DNA from: Nibricoccus sp.
GTDB taxonomy: Bacteria; Verrucomicrobiota; Verrucomicrobiia; Opitutales; Opitutaceae
Assembly (NCBI GenBank): GCA_047602425.1
Contig: JASGHG010000001.1
Span: forward strand, 4,064,001 to 4,128,000
Reading direction: 5' to 3'
DNA: 64,000 nt
Both the position numbers and the translations under genes were made by a program. Shown one piece after another: positions 49,044-61,762 of the stretch. Under the pieces are notes generated by a model. That model was given only the letters and a program-made list of their open reading frames with translations, was not told where the DNA came from and did not search any database. Each line of letters begins with the position of its first letter. Positions within the stretch are counted from its first letter, which is position 1.

Positions 49044-49867
49044 TCACCGGTTGATCCGGGACGGGCTCACGGTGAATTGTGTCGGCAGGTCGGCCGGCTT
49101 GATCTGGACGGGGCGGATTTCGTCGCGTTCGGCCGTCTCAAAATAAACGGTGCGACGGGCCATGCATGCGACGGAAACTTGATCGTCGGCCTTTGCGGTG
49201 GCTTCGGGCGAAAGGGTGCGGACGGTGACAGCCGACGGTTGGTTGGCCCGGCTTTGCGGAGGACGGCCTGCTGTCCGGCCTTGAGCGTCTGGCTGCTGCC
49301 GGTGGTTGGATCTATTGCAGTGATGTCGCCGTCGAGCACGGAAACGACCGTTTCGTTGTCGGCGGTTTCAACGAGGACCTTGCGACCGCGGATGTTGAAG
49401 GTGCCGTGCGGAGTCAGAAAAGTGAGAGAGCTGCCGGCGACCATGCGGCTGCCGCATGCGCTGAAGGATCCCTGTGAAATGTTCAGGACCGTTTGGGAGA
49501 TCGACGGCTCGACATCGAGGTCGTTGCGATTGGGCGTGAACGGTTCCTGCAGGAACTTTTTAACTTCGAGGCGGCTATTCGGGTTGAGCGTGACCGAGTT
49601 GCCGTTTGAGAACACCAGCGTCGCTGTCGCATCGGCCTTGGTTTCGATCGTGGAGCCCTCGATGGAATAGGCGGATTTGACGGTGAGCGGCTCGATCTTG
49701 TCGCCGTTGTTGATCAACGTTTCGCCTTTGGCATCTGCGATGAAAACCTTGCTGGTCGGATTTTTCCGGCCGGCAGCGTGGGCGGCTCCCACAAAAATGA
49801 AACTCACGGCGAGGGTGGCGACGCAGGCAAAAACTGGGGAAACACGGCTCGTTTTCATGGCGCCCAT
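49044..49867 (-). CDS. FecR-like exported protein; reading frame apparently broken near 49247
   Basis: FecR-like motifs (TIET..DATATLVFSNG, TPHG..IRG, VLDG, LKAGQQ); an alternative-frame tail ends at TGA 49044-49046. Confidence 0.7.
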
Positions 49868-49989
49868 GGTGATTTAGCGGGGGTGCGATGCCAATGATAA
49901 TGCAAGATAAATGCAATTTTTACAAGTTACCCACTCGGAATGGGCAACTTGGTCTGATTTAAGCCGTAACGTAGGGAAATCCCCTTAAT

Positions 49990-52566
<2,577 letters not shown>

Positions 52567-52671
52567 CGGAAAATAGAAACCGCCACAATGAAGGAAGCCC
52601 ACCCCGTGCGTCAATGGCGGCATACGAAGGGAAATTTGCCTGCGGAAAGCCTGCCCGTGTTGTGGCGGGCC

Positions 52672-54489
52672 TTATTTTTTAACCTCTGAAATATGACAAT
52701 GCCATCCCGCAGGATTGATGGGCATCCAGACGTCTTTGCCTTGATCAACCAAAGGCGCATATTCGCTCCACCGATAGTCCACCAATGGCTCCAGTCGGAA
52801 CGTGCAGAGGGTCGTGACCAAAAAAGCGTAGAGCGCAATCGCGGCAACCGCACGACGATAGAAATGGGAGTACAGTTCGAAAACGATAAGCCAGACGAAA
52901 AGCAACTGGCTCATATAAAAGTAACGACTATAACCGACTTTGAGATACAACGGCAGCATGTCCTTGTACCGATAAAGCGCGGCGGCGGCAAAGACACCGA
53001 TGATAGCCAGAAACAACCAACGGGGATGAGCCTCCGCGGATTGTCCCTTCGCTGGCCGACACAGAAAAACCGCCCAACCCGCGACCAAAATTGCAAAATA
53101 GGGCAGCACGAATTTCCAAGGATGAACCAGCCACGGACCGCCAAAAGTCAGGCAGAACATACGGAGTCCAATGATGCTGGGAATGGTCAGTAGCGAACCG
53201 GGTATGGGCTCCAGTTTGGCGGGAGGAGCTTGGACGACCAACCATACCTGAACGAGTGCGGTGAGGCCCACGATGACGGTGAGCGCGAGACTGGCTTTTG
53301 TCCTGCGCTGAAAGGCCCGCCACACAAAAAAGGGTAGCAGCAGCGCGGAAAAAACGCCTGTGAGTCCAATTGCTAACGCCGCAAGGCAATCGTAGATGTA
53401 CTGACGCGGACGGCTCGCATCTTTTGAGAGGAGGAGAAGCACCAGCGCCAGGGCGAGAACCCATTGGATATTCGTGATGGTTAAAAAAATATCCTGAGGA
53501 CGGGGAAGAAGCACCACCATTAGGACGAGAAGCGGCTTGCCAGGCAAAGTGATGCGGGCGGAAAAAACCCGGCTGAGAACGACCAACAGGACAAGCAATG
53601 CCGCACCATTGAAAAAGGCGGGTGCGTAGAGTGCCTGCAGTCTGACTCCGACGGCGGCAATCAAGCGATCGGCAGTAAGCAGATAGCCGCCGTAAGGCAT
53701 GAGAAACGCTTTTGCTCCATGCTCGATGGCGCAGGCGTAGAAGTAACCGTCTTCGGCGTAGAATTGTGGCTGCAAAAAACGGTCGGGCATGCGGGCGAAC
53801 AGAATAAGTGCGGCAGCCGCTAGCGTCGCCCAAGGTACCCAATGACCAAATGCGTTCGAGGGATGGCTCGGAGTAGCTATAGATGCTGGTTGCGTCCCGG
53901 ATGATCCAGCGAAGTGGCTGGAGCTTTTTTGGCCAGCGATGCGAAGCAGAAGCAGCCAACCCAATGCGAACGCTCCCAAAAACCACGGAGCAGATATAAA
54001 CAACCGCCTGCTGAAATTGTAGGCCGTTGGCAGGCGGAGAGGCTTTTCAAAATGCATGTAGATGCTGGAGGTTGTGCCGCCCGCGGCTGGGACAAGCTCC
54101 ATCGTGTCGGATTGTGGCGACAGGGTGACCTGATCCTTGGACTGAAGTTGGTCCAACGGGAAGGACTGAACCACTGCGCCACCCGCGGAGACAATTCTCA
54201 GCCGTTCGATTGTCACGCGGCTGGCGACGTCGATGAAATCTAGGCGCAACCCTTTGAGTTTTCCCGACGGAAGCGCGAAGCGGTGCATACTGGCGCGCTC
54301 TTGTGCCTTAAGTGTGGTTGTTGACTGGTCGTCGTCGTTAAAACCTCGTCCGAGATTTGCGTAAAAAACAAGAGCGGCGTGCTGGTCCGACTTGATCGTG
54401 CATTCGAAAAAATAGCTGTCGTGCGGAATAATGAAGCAGGGAAGGGCGACCGCCGCGGCGAAGAGAAGAACTTGGAGATATTTGTTCAA
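52672..54489 (-). CDS. Polytopic membrane protein, possible GT-C-type surface glycosyltransferase
   Basis: N-terminal beta-rich domain, then FYAEDG..PYGGY motif and about 10 TM helices; AT-richer codon usage. Confidence 0.55.
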   Translation of the reverse strand: MNKYLQVLLFAAAVALPCFIIPHDSYFFECTIKSDQHAALVFYANLGRGFNDDDQSTTTLKAQERASMHRFALPSGKLKGLRLDFIDVASRVTIERLRIVSAGGAVVQSFPLDQLQSKDQVTLSPQSDTMELVPAAGGTTSSIYMHFEKPLRLPTAYNFSRRLFISAPWFLGAFALGWLLLLRIAGQKSSSHFAGSSGTQPASIATPSHPSNAFGHWVPWATLAAAALILFARMPDRFLQPQFYAEDGYFYACAIEHGAKAFLMPYGGYLLTADRLIAAVGVRLQALYAPAFFNGAALLVLLVVLSRVFSARITLPGKPLLVLMVVLLPRPQDIFLTITNIQWVLALALVLLLLSKDASRPRQYIYDCLAALAIGLTGVFSALLLPFFVWRAFQRRTKASLALTVIVGLTALVQVWLVVQAPPAKLEPIPGSLLTIPSIIGLRMFCLTFGGPWLVHPWKFVLPYFAILVAGWAVFLCRPAKGQSAEAHPRWLFLAIIGVFAAAALYRYKDMLPLYLKVGYSRYFYMSQLLFVWLIVFELYSHFYRRAVAAIALYAFLVTTLCTFRLEPLVDYRWSEYAPLVDQGKDVWMPINPAGWHCHISEVKK

Positions 54490-54674
54490 ATGGATCGACG
54501 AGATTGCAGGACAATTGGTTTAGGAGCCCAGAGGCATATCGCAAGGTCTCTTATGAGAGTACTGGTGGTGGAAAATGAGTCGGGCAGCGATCGAGCGAAA
54601 GTTTTTCAAAATATCGGGTAATAAACTTCATGCTGCGTCGTTTCCTTTTTGAACCAGCAACCAAAGGATACCCC

Positions 54675-55358
54675 ATGAACCGCACGTTTATCATTCCTGC
54701 TGCAATTGCCCTCGTTCTTCACGCAATGCTTTTTATTGGGTCAGGCAAACCGCCAACGCCCGGCGCTTCCAAGCCCAAGATCACCTGTGTACTGCCGGCC
54801 TTGCCGGAAAAACCGGAGGAGATTTTGTTGAAGAAATACGTAGAGTTGGTTGAGGACGAAAAACCCGTTGTGACGCCCGAGGAAAAGACCGGCTCGGGCA
54901 GTAATGAAGAGGCGCCGATCTCAGTGCTGGAAATGCCATCGCCGGGACCGATCAACCCGTTTCAGATCACTCAGGAGCGCATCACGGTAAAACCGGGCAC
55001 CGGCACCAAAATCCCAAACAGTTTTGCCGGTTTTGGCAAAGGCGACGGCGAAGGGCCTGGCACAGGTATCATTGGTTCGGCTTTTCTCGATAATGCGCCG
55101 GTTACGCGACGTCAGACGCCGCCGGCTTATCCGCATGCAATGAAAGTCGCGGGCGTCTCGGGAACCGTCTGGGTGGAATTTGTCGTGGATGAAAATGGCC
55201 GCGTGCATGACGTGCGCGTGGTGAAAACCACGAACGACAGTTTCAACGATGCGACCGTGACCGCAGTCTCCACCTGGCGCTTCGAGCCCGGTAAACGCAA
55301 AGGCATTCCCGTCCGCTTTCGCATGACCATTCCGATCGTTTTTAACCTGAGCGATTAA
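54675..55358 (+). CDS. TonB family energy transducer
   Basis: TM helix with His (LVLHAML), Pro-rich linker, PAYP..GTV.VEFVVD..G, WRFEPG; start may be 54630. Confidence 0.88.
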   Translation: MNRTFIIPAAIALVLHAMLFIGSGKPPTPGASKPKITCVLPALPEKPEEILLKKYVELVEDEKPVVTPEEKTGSGSNEEAPISVLEMPSPGPINPFQITQERITVKPGTGTKIPNSFAGFGKGDGEGPGTGIIGSAFLDNAPVTRRQTPPAYPHAMKVAGVSGTVWVEFVVDENGRVHDVRVVKTTNDSFNDATVTAVSTWRFEPGKRKGIPVRFRMTIPIVFNLSD

Positions 55359-55486
55359 ACGGCCAGCAAGGTGAGAATCGGCCGTTGCGCTCAGTCGCAC
55401 AGCCCGCACCGCCAAACGGTGTGGGCTGTTTTTTATGAGACGCCTGTAGTGGTCGCTCAACTACGCCGTCATGCGAAGTGGCCGCT

Positions 55487-57703
55487 TCATTCCCGCGGTT
55501 TGAATTCCGGAATCAAACCGGGACGATTCAACCAACTCCAGTTTCCGGAGCCTTCGCACGTCGAACAGGTTTCGCTGGTCCGTTTCCAGCCGCGTCCACT
55601 GCATGCCGAACATTTGATATAACCGGTGCCATCGCAGCGATTGCAGGTTCGTTGAAAAATCGTGTCTGTGCCGGTGTGGTCGCAGCGACTGCAACCGATC
55701 TTTCCGTTGCCGCCGCAATCCTCGCAATCCGCGCGCCCGGGAGTGCGGCCACTGCCATCGCACTTTTCACAGTTGTGCAGGGCGCGGAGGATAGACCGGT
55801 CAGCGGACGCGCCGCTGATCCGCCGCTGAACGAGGTCGGCAAACATGGCATCGGCCGCCAGGTGTTGTTCCATCGATTCCTGATAGGCGATAGTTTGGGC
55901 GAGCTCGAGTGCGCATTTCCCAAAATGCTCCGCTTCCTCGGGGTGGCGCTCAAGCGAGGCAATTGTGAGCGCGTAGCATTTTGCGGCGAGGTCGGAATCG
56001 TCGATCGGCGCCCGGGCGAGCAGCACGTCACAAATTTTGGCGGAGAGCGGTGGTTGGCGTTTTTTGACCTGGGCCAGCGCATAGGAATACGCCTTATTGT
56101 AATCTTTGATTCCGCTGAAAATCTCGGGTACGGCACGCTCTTCTCCGAGAGACTCGGCTTTGTAATAAAGTTTCAGCGCATCCTGCGGGCTGGACGTTGT
56201 GCCAATGCCTTTCTCGGTGAGCTGGGCGAGTTCGAAAATAAGGGCGGCGTTTTCAGGCGCGGCATCGAGCTTGGCGCGGAGGAGGGCGAAGGCGCGCGGG
56301 TCTTCATTTTGAAGATAGGCATTTAATAACTCGTTGCCTGCGGGCTCGTCGCCGAGGGCTGCGGCTTTTTCCAGCCACGGAAGCGCGGGTAACTCGTCGC
56401 GCGCCTTCCAACGAGCGAGCCAGACGCCGAGGCGTCGAATGGCGATTTCGTCGCCCGCGCGGGCGGCGACTGCCAACTGGTCTTCGGCGGCGAGTTTTCG
56501 CTCCCAAGCCTGTTGGGAGTAGTGCGTGGTTGTGGTCCCAGACTCGAAGGCGGCGAGAATGGCGAGCGCCTCCGTGCGTAGGAAGACTGGGCACGGAAGG
56601 CCTCCCATGGCGCGCACTTCGGAGGAAATTTCCCGAACTTTTTCGAAGTCGCGAGAACTATCCGCCTCGATGAGAGCATGAAGGAGCGGCCACGTTTTTG
56701 CATCGGGATTTTCAAGATAGGCAAAGGCGGGAACCGCTTTCGTCAGTTGCCGAATCTCTGGGTCATCGGCAGAAACGACTGCGGAAAGTACGAGGGCAGG
56801 TTTTAGCTGGTCCGCGGTGGGATGCGAATTTTTGGCGATTTCCGTGGTTTGTGCACGAAGCGACTTAAGCGCTTCCTCGGCCGCCTCCGGATTTACATCG
56901 CGGAGCAATTTCAACAGCTCGCCATCGCTCTGGCAAAACGTGATCAGGGGCTTTTCGTAAACGGTATTGTATGCCTCCACGATCTCCTCGTCGGAGGGAA
57001 GTTTGAGCGCGCGCAAACGGTGAAACAGGGCTGTGACTTCGCGTCGATCTCCACGGTCCAGGCATTGGCGGGCGGATTGCTGCTCGCGGGCGAGGTCGAA
57101 GCCAGCTGTCAGCTGGCGGGCCTTTGCCATGAAATGGGCGAAAAGCTCGATGCGTTTGGCGATCCAAGCATGTTCGGCAAGGGAGGCATCTGGCCTTTTT
57201 GTGATTTCGTCAGCCTCCTGACGAAGCGCGGTGACGACCTCCTTTTGAGTTTCGCACCAGTTTAGCTTTTCGGCGATGCCTGCCAGCAAGCGAGGGATTT
57301 CTTCGCGAGCCAGCGCCAGTTCCTTTTCTCCCTCAAGTCGCTCGGCGTCTTGCTGTCGTTGAATTCGGTCGCGATAAACCTCGATTCCCTCCCAGGCAAA
57401 AAGGGCCAGCACGACCAATGTGAGCATGGCGGCGGCATAACGCCATTTCCTGGTAGATGGCGGTTTTGCTTTAACGTCCGTTGGTTTCGGGGCGGCCGTG
57501 GTCTGCGGGCCGGGTTGCAGCGCTTGCCAAGCTGTCTCCAGCAAGGCCCGGGACTGGGCGATCTTGGCGGAGAGATCGTCGTCAGGAGCCTGCGCGGCGA
57601 GGCGATCGAGCCGCGCTTTTTCCCGCGCGTAGGCTTCGAGTTGTTCGCCAGGCGTGGCGGATGTAGAAAGTCCTAGGGTTTGGAGAGCGGTGGAGCGTTC
57701 CAT
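55487..57703 (-). CDS. Membrane protein with J-like N-terminus, Sel1-like repeats and DnaJ-type Zn finger
   Basis: ALQTLGL..SAT; TM helix; WLEKAAALG and LYYKAESLG; six CxxCxxxG motifs. Confidence 0.7.
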   Translation of the reverse strand: MERSTALQTLGLSTSATPGEQLEAYAREKARLDRLAAQAPDDDLSAKIAQSRALLETAWQALQPGPQTTAAPKPTDVKAKPPSTRKWRYAAAMLTLVVLALFAWEGIEVYRDRIQRQQDAERLEGEKELALAREEIPRLLAGIAEKLNWCETQKEVVTALRQEADEITKRPDASLAEHAWIAKRIELFAHFMAKARQLTAGFDLAREQQSARQCLDRGDRREVTALFHRLRALKLPSDEEIVEAYNTVYEKPLITFCQSDGELLKLLRDVNPEAAEEALKSLRAQTTEIAKNSHPTADQLKPALVLSAVVSADDPEIRQLTKAVPAFAYLENPDAKTWPLLHALIEADSSRDFEKVREISSEVRAMGGLPCPVFLRTEALAILAAFESGTTTTHYSQQAWERKLAAEDQLAVAARAGDEIAIRRLGVWLARWKARDELPALPWLEKAAALGDEPAGNELLNAYLQNEDPRAFALLRAKLDAAPENAALIFELAQLTEKGIGTTSSPQDALKLYYKAESLGEERAVPEIFSGIKDYNKAYSYALAQVKKRQPPLSAKICDVLLARAPIDDSDLAAKCYALTIASLERHPEEAEHFGKCALELAQTIAYQESMEQHLAADAMFADLVQRRISGASADRSILRALHNCEKCDGSGRTPGRADCEDCGGNGKIGCSRCDHTGTDTIFQRTCNRCDGTGYIKCSACSGRGWKRTSETCSTCEGSGNWSWLNRPGLIPEFKPRE

Positions 57704-57781
57704 CAAGTTGAAGCGGAGCCGCGAATGAACCGTGCGCCGACGGTTTTGCAAGCGGTCGAAGCAAACTTTTAGGTCGCCGTC

Positions 57782-58810
57782 TTACTTGCGCAATTGCCAG
57801 ATCTGTTTCGCCTTTCGAATTGTCTCAGCGAGGACGTTTGGAGTGAGCGCTTGTTTCGGGTCATCGCCGATCCCGTGATTGGGCGAAACGTGGGCCTCGA
57901 TGCACAAACCATCCGCTCCATAGGCGACAGCGGCGAGTGCGCACGCGGGCACGTACGCAGCCTTGCCGACCGAATGCGAAGGATCGACGACGACCGGTGC
58001 CCAGGTTTTTTCCTTTAGCAAAGGAGTGATGCTTTCGTCGGGATGGTTGCGATATCCGTCGAGCGTGGGAGAGGTGCCGCGCGGACAGAGAACGATGTTG
58101 GGATTGCCAAAACTTACGATGTACTCGGCCGCGGAAATAAATTCGTTGAGCGGTCCCATGTGCAGGCTGCGTTTGAGCAATACCACGGTGCTGCGCTCGG
58201 CCACGGCGCGGCCGATGGAGCGCAGCAGCGAGTAATTGAGGGCGTTGCGCGCGCCGACCTGCAACATGTTCACTCCTGCATCGAGCGCGAGTTTGAGCTG
58301 CTGCTCGTCCATCACCTCGGCGTCGACGGGCAACCCGGTGCGGCGCTGGGCCTCCAGCAGGATTCCAAGCGACTTCACATCGCCTTGAAAAGCATATGGG
58401 TTGGTTCGTGGCTTCCATACGCCGCCGCGCAGCACATTCGCGCCAGCCTCCTTCACCGCCTGGGCCGTTTCATAAAACAACTGCGGATTTTTTGGATCGA
58501 TCGTGCATTGTCCGGCGATGACGAGCAGTTCCTTGCCCAGTATCACACCGCCAATTTCGATTTGATGCGAAGCGAGATCGGAACGCAGGTCCATGAGCTT
58601 GTGCGGCGACTGGATTTTGTCGACGCGATCGATATAGCTAAGTCCCTCGAGCCGGTTGATCATCAACTCATCGCGTTCGTCGCCCACGATCGCGTAGATC
58701 GAGCGCACAGCCCCGACGATGGTTTGAATGCGACAGCCGAACTCCCCAACGATTTGGGTGATCTCGGCGACTTGTTCCGGTGTCAAACGGTTGGCTTTCG
58801 GAAGGATCAT
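57782..58810 (-). CDS. aroF: Type I-beta DAHP synthase with N-terminal regulatory domain
   Basis: IAGQC, RGG.WKPRT, QVGARN, LLKR, DPSH, IEAH. Confidence 0.88.
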   Translation of the reverse strand: MILPKANRLTPEQVAEITQIVGEFGCRIQTIVGAVRSIYAIVGDERDELMINRLEGLSYIDRVDKIQSPHKLMDLRSDLASHQIEIGGVILGKELLVIAGQCTIDPKNPQLFYETAQAVKEAGANVLRGGVWKPRTNPYAFQGDVKSLGILLEAQRRTGLPVDAEVMDEQQLKLALDAGVNMLQVGARNALNYSLLRSIGRAVAERSTVVLLKRSLHMGPLNEFISAAEYIVSFGNPNIVLCPRGTSPTLDGYRNHPDESITPLLKEKTWAPVVVDPSHSVGKAAYVPACALAAVAYGADGLCIEAHVSPNHGIGDDPKQALTPNVLAETIRKAKQIWQLRK

Positions 58811-58853
58811 GGAGGAAATTTCACCAACCGCCCGCCAACGGCAAGTCGCGCGG

Positions 58854-59726
58854 CTAATTTCCTGTCGCCAACGCAGGGTAGGTGAAGAGGAAAAAGTGCA
58901 CCGTGTTTAGCGCGAAATGGGCGAGGATGCTGGCTTCGATACGTCCAGTGCGTTGGTAGATCCAGCCGTAGCCAAAGCCGGCGACTATCGCCAAAGCCAC
59001 GTAAGCCCAGCCGCCCCAGAAATGCGCCAGCCCGAACAAAACCGACGCTATCGCCAAGGCGGTTGCGCGGCCCCCGCGCCAGCGTGACCACGATTTTTGC
59101 AGCTGAGTTTGGATAAAACCGCGAAACAGCGCTTCCTCGGCGGCGCAGACGAACAACAGATTAACTATCAGCCAGAGCCACGATTCCGCTGGAAACTTTG
59201 GCGCGAAACGAACGTAGCCCATGGCCAGCGACAATATCATCAACACGGCGACCAGCGCGGCCGTCCAGGGCAGCCAGGTGGCGAACAGCGTTTTCCAGTC
59301 GCGAAGCCGTGCGATGCGTGTGTGGCACCACCCGAGGACGAAAAGCCCAACGAGAGTCTTGTCGTAGTTGAGGTAAAGTGTGAAGGGCCGCGCGTCGGGT
59401 GTGAATCGCACCTTGTCGATAACGAGTGGATTATGAAAACCTGGGAGCTTATGCAGCATCAGACCGACCGCCATGGCCAGCAAGGCAGTCGCCGCCAGCC
59501 CAACTTGCCAGGGAGCCCGCGCTTTTTGAAACGCCAACACGATTCCGGCAAACGCGACAGCGATCGCGGCGCCGGCGGTTGTCACCACGCCCTCGCTGAA
59601 AGCAACAACCAACGACGACAGCCAAAGTCCCAGCCAAAGTTGTTGGCGGAATTTTGGGGAGTTTTCGTCGCCGCCGGCCCACAATGCGACGATGGCGGTG
59701 GCGAGGAGGATAAAGGTGAGGGTCAT
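58854..59726 (-). CDS. CPBP/Abi intramembrane glutamic protease
   Basis: EEALFRG, FGLAH, HFALN. Confidence 0.92.
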   Translation of the reverse strand: MTLTFILLATAIVALWAGGDENSPKFRQQLWLGLWLSSLVVAFSEGVVTTAGAAIAVAFAGIVLAFQKARAPWQVGLAATALLAMAVGLMLHKLPGFHNPLVIDKVRFTPDARPFTLYLNYDKTLVGLFVLGWCHTRIARLRDWKTLFATWLPWTAALVAVLMILSLAMGYVRFAPKFPAESWLWLIVNLLFVCAAEEALFRGFIQTQLQKSWSRWRGGRATALAIASVLFGLAHFWGGWAYVALAIVAGFGYGWIYQRTGRIEASILAHFALNTVHFFLFTYPALATGN

Positions 59727-59815
59727 GCTTCACGGTGGAGTTTATTGCCCGCGAGTGGCAATGGCGGTTTGTCACGCCCCTTGGGCATCGGATGCTTCTT
59801 TTACCTTATTCCCAC

Positions 59816-59842
59816 TTAATTCCTCCGAGCGGCCTCCGATAA
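59816..59842 (+). promoter_or_regulatory. Sigma28-like promoter of the second MCP
   Basis: TTAAT-N14-TCCGATAA. Confidence 0.5.
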
Positions 59843-59849
59843 GTGACAG

Positions 59850-61598
59850 GTGAGTGGCACCTCCGTAAATACCCCTAGTCGAAGAGAATTCCAAAATCCG
59901 GCGGATCGGCCCGTTTTGGCGTTGGGTAAGGTGCGTCGACACTGGACCTTACGCAAAGGAGTGCTGGCGCTGGCCATTGGGGGTGTTGCACTTTCGATCA
60001 TGTTCATGGGGGCACTCGGCTGGTGGACGATGGAACGCATGTACGTCCGTGGTATGAATGAAAGTACTCGCGCACTGGAAACGATTCAGAAAGCGATCGG
60101 CGAGGAGGTGAACGATCTTCAGAAGGGGCTTCAGTTGATGGCGCAGGAGCAGGCAGACGTTTTTGAGGTCAAGGATCTCGGGGAAAAAATCGCGCCGGTG
60201 CTTGAGCTGCCTTTGCGAAGTTTGAAATGCCATGTGACCGCGACCATTCCTGATAAGGCTCAGACTGGCGCGACCTCTTGGATTTACGAATACCTGAAGA
60301 GCGGAGGAAAACCCGGCATCTATTTTTTCGGTCCGTCCATCTATCTGGTAAAAAGTGTGCCGAGTTCCTGGGCCGGTGGCCGGTATACGATTGTCAGCTG
60401 GATTGAGCTCACTGAAAACCATCAGTTCGTCGATTGGATCAAGGCTCGTTTTGAAAATGAAGCGACGCTCTTTATCGGCGATACCCAGGCGTCCACCACC
60501 ATCATGCGCGACGGCAGGCGGGCTATTGGCACGCGCGTTGCCAATCCCGAAGTGGAAGACATCGTTTTGGGACAGGGCAGTGAATTTCATACGATCAACC
60601 GGATCGGCCGTGATCGCTACAGTTCGGTCTACTGGCCAATTGAGGCCCAAAACGGAAAAGGCATGTACTTCACCGGACGCAACGCGGAGGAAATCATTTC
60701 CATGCGCGAAACCATCCGCTGGGCCTCGTCCGCAATTGCGGGATTGTTGCTTGTTATTGGATGTATTTTGGGGTTCGTGGTGGCGAATCAGATGGTTGGC
60801 CACATTCAGAAAAACGTCGCCATCGTAGCCGAAGCGGGCAGGGAGGTGAAAATCGCTTCCGCCCAGATGGTGGAGATCAGTCGCAACCTGGCCGATGGCG
60901 CCACCTCGCAGGCGGCCAGCGTGGAGGAAACGTCATCGTCGCTCGTCGAAATCGACGCCAGCAATCGCTCCAATATCGAAGCGGCGCAGCGAACCGATGT
61001 CACCACGCAATCCGTGGTGGGATCCGTCGGTTCCGGCATGGCGAAAATGCAAGAGCTCAGCCTGGCCATGAACCGGGCGGACGAACTGAACCAACACACG
61101 CGGGAAATCATCAAAACGATCGATGAAATCGCGTTCCAAACCAATATACTCGCCCTAAACGCCGCCATCGAAGCAGCGCGTGCCGGTGAAGCCGGCGCCG
61201 GTTTTGCCGTGGTCGCCGAGGAAGTCCGCACGCTCGCGAAACGCAGCGCCGAAGCCGCCCGCGAAACCGAAGCAAAAATGTCGGCCGCTTTGCAGGAACA
61301 GAAAACCGCCCAGACAGTGGGTGCCGACGCCGCGCAGGCTTTTACCACCATTCATCAGGACATTCAAAAAATGGCCGAGATGGTCAAAGGCATCGCATTG
61401 TCGACCCAGGAACAGGGCAGGGGTGTGGCGGGTTGCTCGCAGGCGATGCAATCGGTCGACCAAAAAGTACAAGCCGTCGCTTCCGCAGCCGAGGAAGTTT
61501 CCTCAACCGCTGGAAACCTCCAAGGGCACGCGGAATCGTTGCGCGAGGCTCTCGACGAATTGGAAAGCTTTGCCGGCGGATCGACTACGCTGGGTTAA
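59850..61598 (+). CDS. Methyl-accepting chemotaxis protein with Cache-type sensor
   Basis: ATLFIGD..STTI..GRRAIGT (Cache); [20 protein letters not shown]; start uncertain. Confidence 0.92.
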   Translation: MSGTSVNTPSRREFQNPADRPVLALGKVRRHWTLRKGVLALAIGGVALSIMFMGALGWWTMERMYVRGMNESTRALETIQKAIGEEVNDLQKGLQLMAQEQADVFEVKDLGEKIAPVLELPLRSLKCHVTATIPDKAQTGATSWIYEYLKSGGKPGIYFFGPSIYLVKSVPSSWAGGRYTIVSWIELTENHQFVDWIKARFENEATLFIGDTQASTTIMRDGRRAIGTRVANPEVEDIVLGQGSEFHTINRIGRDRYSSVYWPIEAQNGKGMYFTGRNAEEIISMRETIRWASSAIAGLLLVIGCILGFVVANQMVGHIQKNVAIVAEAGREVKIASAQMVEISRNLADGATSQAASVEETSSSLVEIDASNRSNIEAAQRTDVTTQSVVGSVGSGMAKMQELSLAMNRADELNQHTREIIKTIDEIAFQTNILALNAAIEAARAGEAGAGFAVVAEEVRTLAKRSAEAARETEAKMSAALQEQKTAQTVGADAAQAFTTIHQDIQKMAEMVKGIALSTQEQGRGVAGCSQAMQSVDQKVQAVASAAEEVSSTAGNLQGHAESLREALDELESFAGGSTTLG

Positions 61599-61672
61599 CG
61601 AACGGTCGGGAAATTTGTTGGGTGGGTGTTGCTTTACCTCGCGGCCGAACCAGTCCGTTGTGTCGGCACAAC

Positions 61673-61739
61673 TGGAGGGCCGACTTCCACGTCGGCCACA
61701 TTGCATGAGCCAACGATCGACGTGGAAGTCGACCCTCCA
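61673..61739. repeat. 67-bp REP-like inverted doublet
   Basis: Same element as 36786-36852, in opposite orientation. Confidence 0.9.
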
Positions 61740-61762
61740 TCGCAAATACTTGGGGAATTTGG

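Noticed and set aside
49925..49951. Hairpin AAGTTACCCA/TGGGCAACTT between leuS and the export cluster as a terminator or ops element
   Set aside because: No U-tract on the transcribed strand and no ops consensus; function unsupported.
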